Of a DNA stretch of 64,000 bases, positions 63,257 through 64,000 are shown one piece after another. Every line of letters starts with the position of its first letter. Position 1 is the first letter of the stretch. The DNA is taken from sequence record MW748999.1, one strand, 5' to 3'. A program made the translations under genes and the position numbers. A model generated the notes under the pieces. The model did not search any database and was not told the origin of the DNA. It saw only the letters and a list, made by a program, of their open reading frames with translations. Source of the DNA: Escherichia phage vB_EcoM_Skers.

Positions 63257-63847
63257 TTACTTTCTAAAAGCAGGGTGCATAGCTTTAATACCTTCCACCC
63301 TCTGACGATCCGCCGCCTGAATTGCTGGGCGAGGAACGATCAGTTGACCATCACGTTCAATGCTCATTGTTTTAAAGGGAAGAATTGCAGTACACACCAG
63401 AGATTCATGCATATCATTGGTGTATGTTAACTCAAGTTCCCCCAATTGTGAACACCAACAACCATAAAAGTTAAAAGTGCACACAATGTTACGTCGTTCG
63501 TTGTCCATCATGTGAACTTGAACGGCTTCCGGCATTGAATCCTTCCACGCAGTGGAGTTACCGTTATTGTAGTCTACTATAGAAAGCATCCATGTGTAAA
63601 GGTTTAGATAGCTTTCCAAATGCTCATCGACAATAAACCGGACTACCAACGGGTCAAACTCCACATGACTAGACGGATAATCAGCGACCGCCAAACCATA
63701 TTGACCAGCAACTTGCTTAGTCGGTGGAATGGTTATAGCCGGAAGTGTAACACCTTGAGCATTTAAAGTAAAGCCTTTTGTTAGTTGTCCATCTGGAATA
63801 TTGATCTGCCAGTTGCTGGGGTTAGCATAGTTAAAGAGATTAGACAT
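63257..63847 (-). CDS. 3: putative tail sheath stabiliser/tail completion protein (gene 3 position)
   Basis: 196-aa ORF immediately after gene 1; synteny only. Confidence 0.45.
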   Translation of the reverse strand: MSNLFNYANPSNWQINIPDGQLTKGFTLNAQGVTLPAITIPPTKQVAGQYGLAVADYPSSHVEFDPLVVRFIVDEHLESYLNLYTWMLSIVDYNNGNSTAWKDSMPEAVQVHMMDNERRNIVCTFNFYGCWCSQLGELELTYTNDMHESLVCTAILPFKTMSIERDGQLIVPRPAIQAADRQRVEGIKAMHPAFRK

Positions 63848-64000
63848 TACTGATTCCTCAAATGAAAATATTTATTAACAATTGTCGCTTTGCGACGTGC
63901 CGGAGGCACTGACTACTTTTTAACCGAAACAAATTTTTATTATTCTAAAGATCTTTCTTCGTTTTGGTTATGTTTTAACCAATAACTATATTTTTATACA

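Noticed and set aside
63871-63883. Late promoter upstream of gene 3 (AATAAATA on the minus strand)
   Set aside because: One mismatch to the TATAAATA core at the first position; plausible but not supported strongly enough to list as a feature.
1-64000. Prophage features (integrase, att sites) or host chromosomal flanks
   Set aside because: Gene content is uniformly T4-like lytic-phage early region with no integrase, tRNA integration site or bacterial housekeeping genes.

Overview
This 64 kb window is a contiguous block of a T4-like myovirus genome (early/replication region), running from rIIB and rIIA through to genes 57A, 1 and 3. Almost every gene is on the minus strand, tightly packed with short overlaps, so the plus-strand ORFs in the track are mostly antisense shadows and several track ORFs carry false N-terminal extensions. 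Recognised by motif and synteny (recalled from T4, not searched): rIIB, rIIA, unsplit topoisomerase II large subunit (39), DexA, Dda, dCTPase gp56, primase gp61, helicase gp41, UvsX, DNA polymerase gp43, RegA, gp62/gp44, gp45, gp46/gp47, gp55, NrdH, NrdG, NrdD, EndoVII gp49, NrdC, Dam, RI, Tk, a GrcA-like glycyl-radical cofactor, an M15 peptidase, an Acb1-like 2H phosphoesterase, 57A, gp1 and gp3. The hydroxymethylcytosine genes (42, beta-gt, alpha-gt) are missing from their T4 slots. Many intergenic spacers carry a repeated promoter-in-hairpin cassette, resembling the PeSL elements described for RB49-like phages. The most interesting features are: (1) two tandem arrays of a repeat-domain/coiled-coil paralogue family flanking the nrdG-nrdD module, which is my best candidate for an undescribed system; (2) a TARG1/DarG-like macrodomain gene, with a possible ADP-ribosyltransferase elsewhere; (3) an unassigned 489-aa P-loop protein, a Pol-beta-type nucleotidyltransferase and a Dps-like protein; (4) a probable assembly artifact containing Illumina adapter sequence at about 56758-57017. 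No tRNA, rRNA, CRISPR array or integrase was found. All homology calls are from reading the translations; coordinates of small elements may be off by a few bases.
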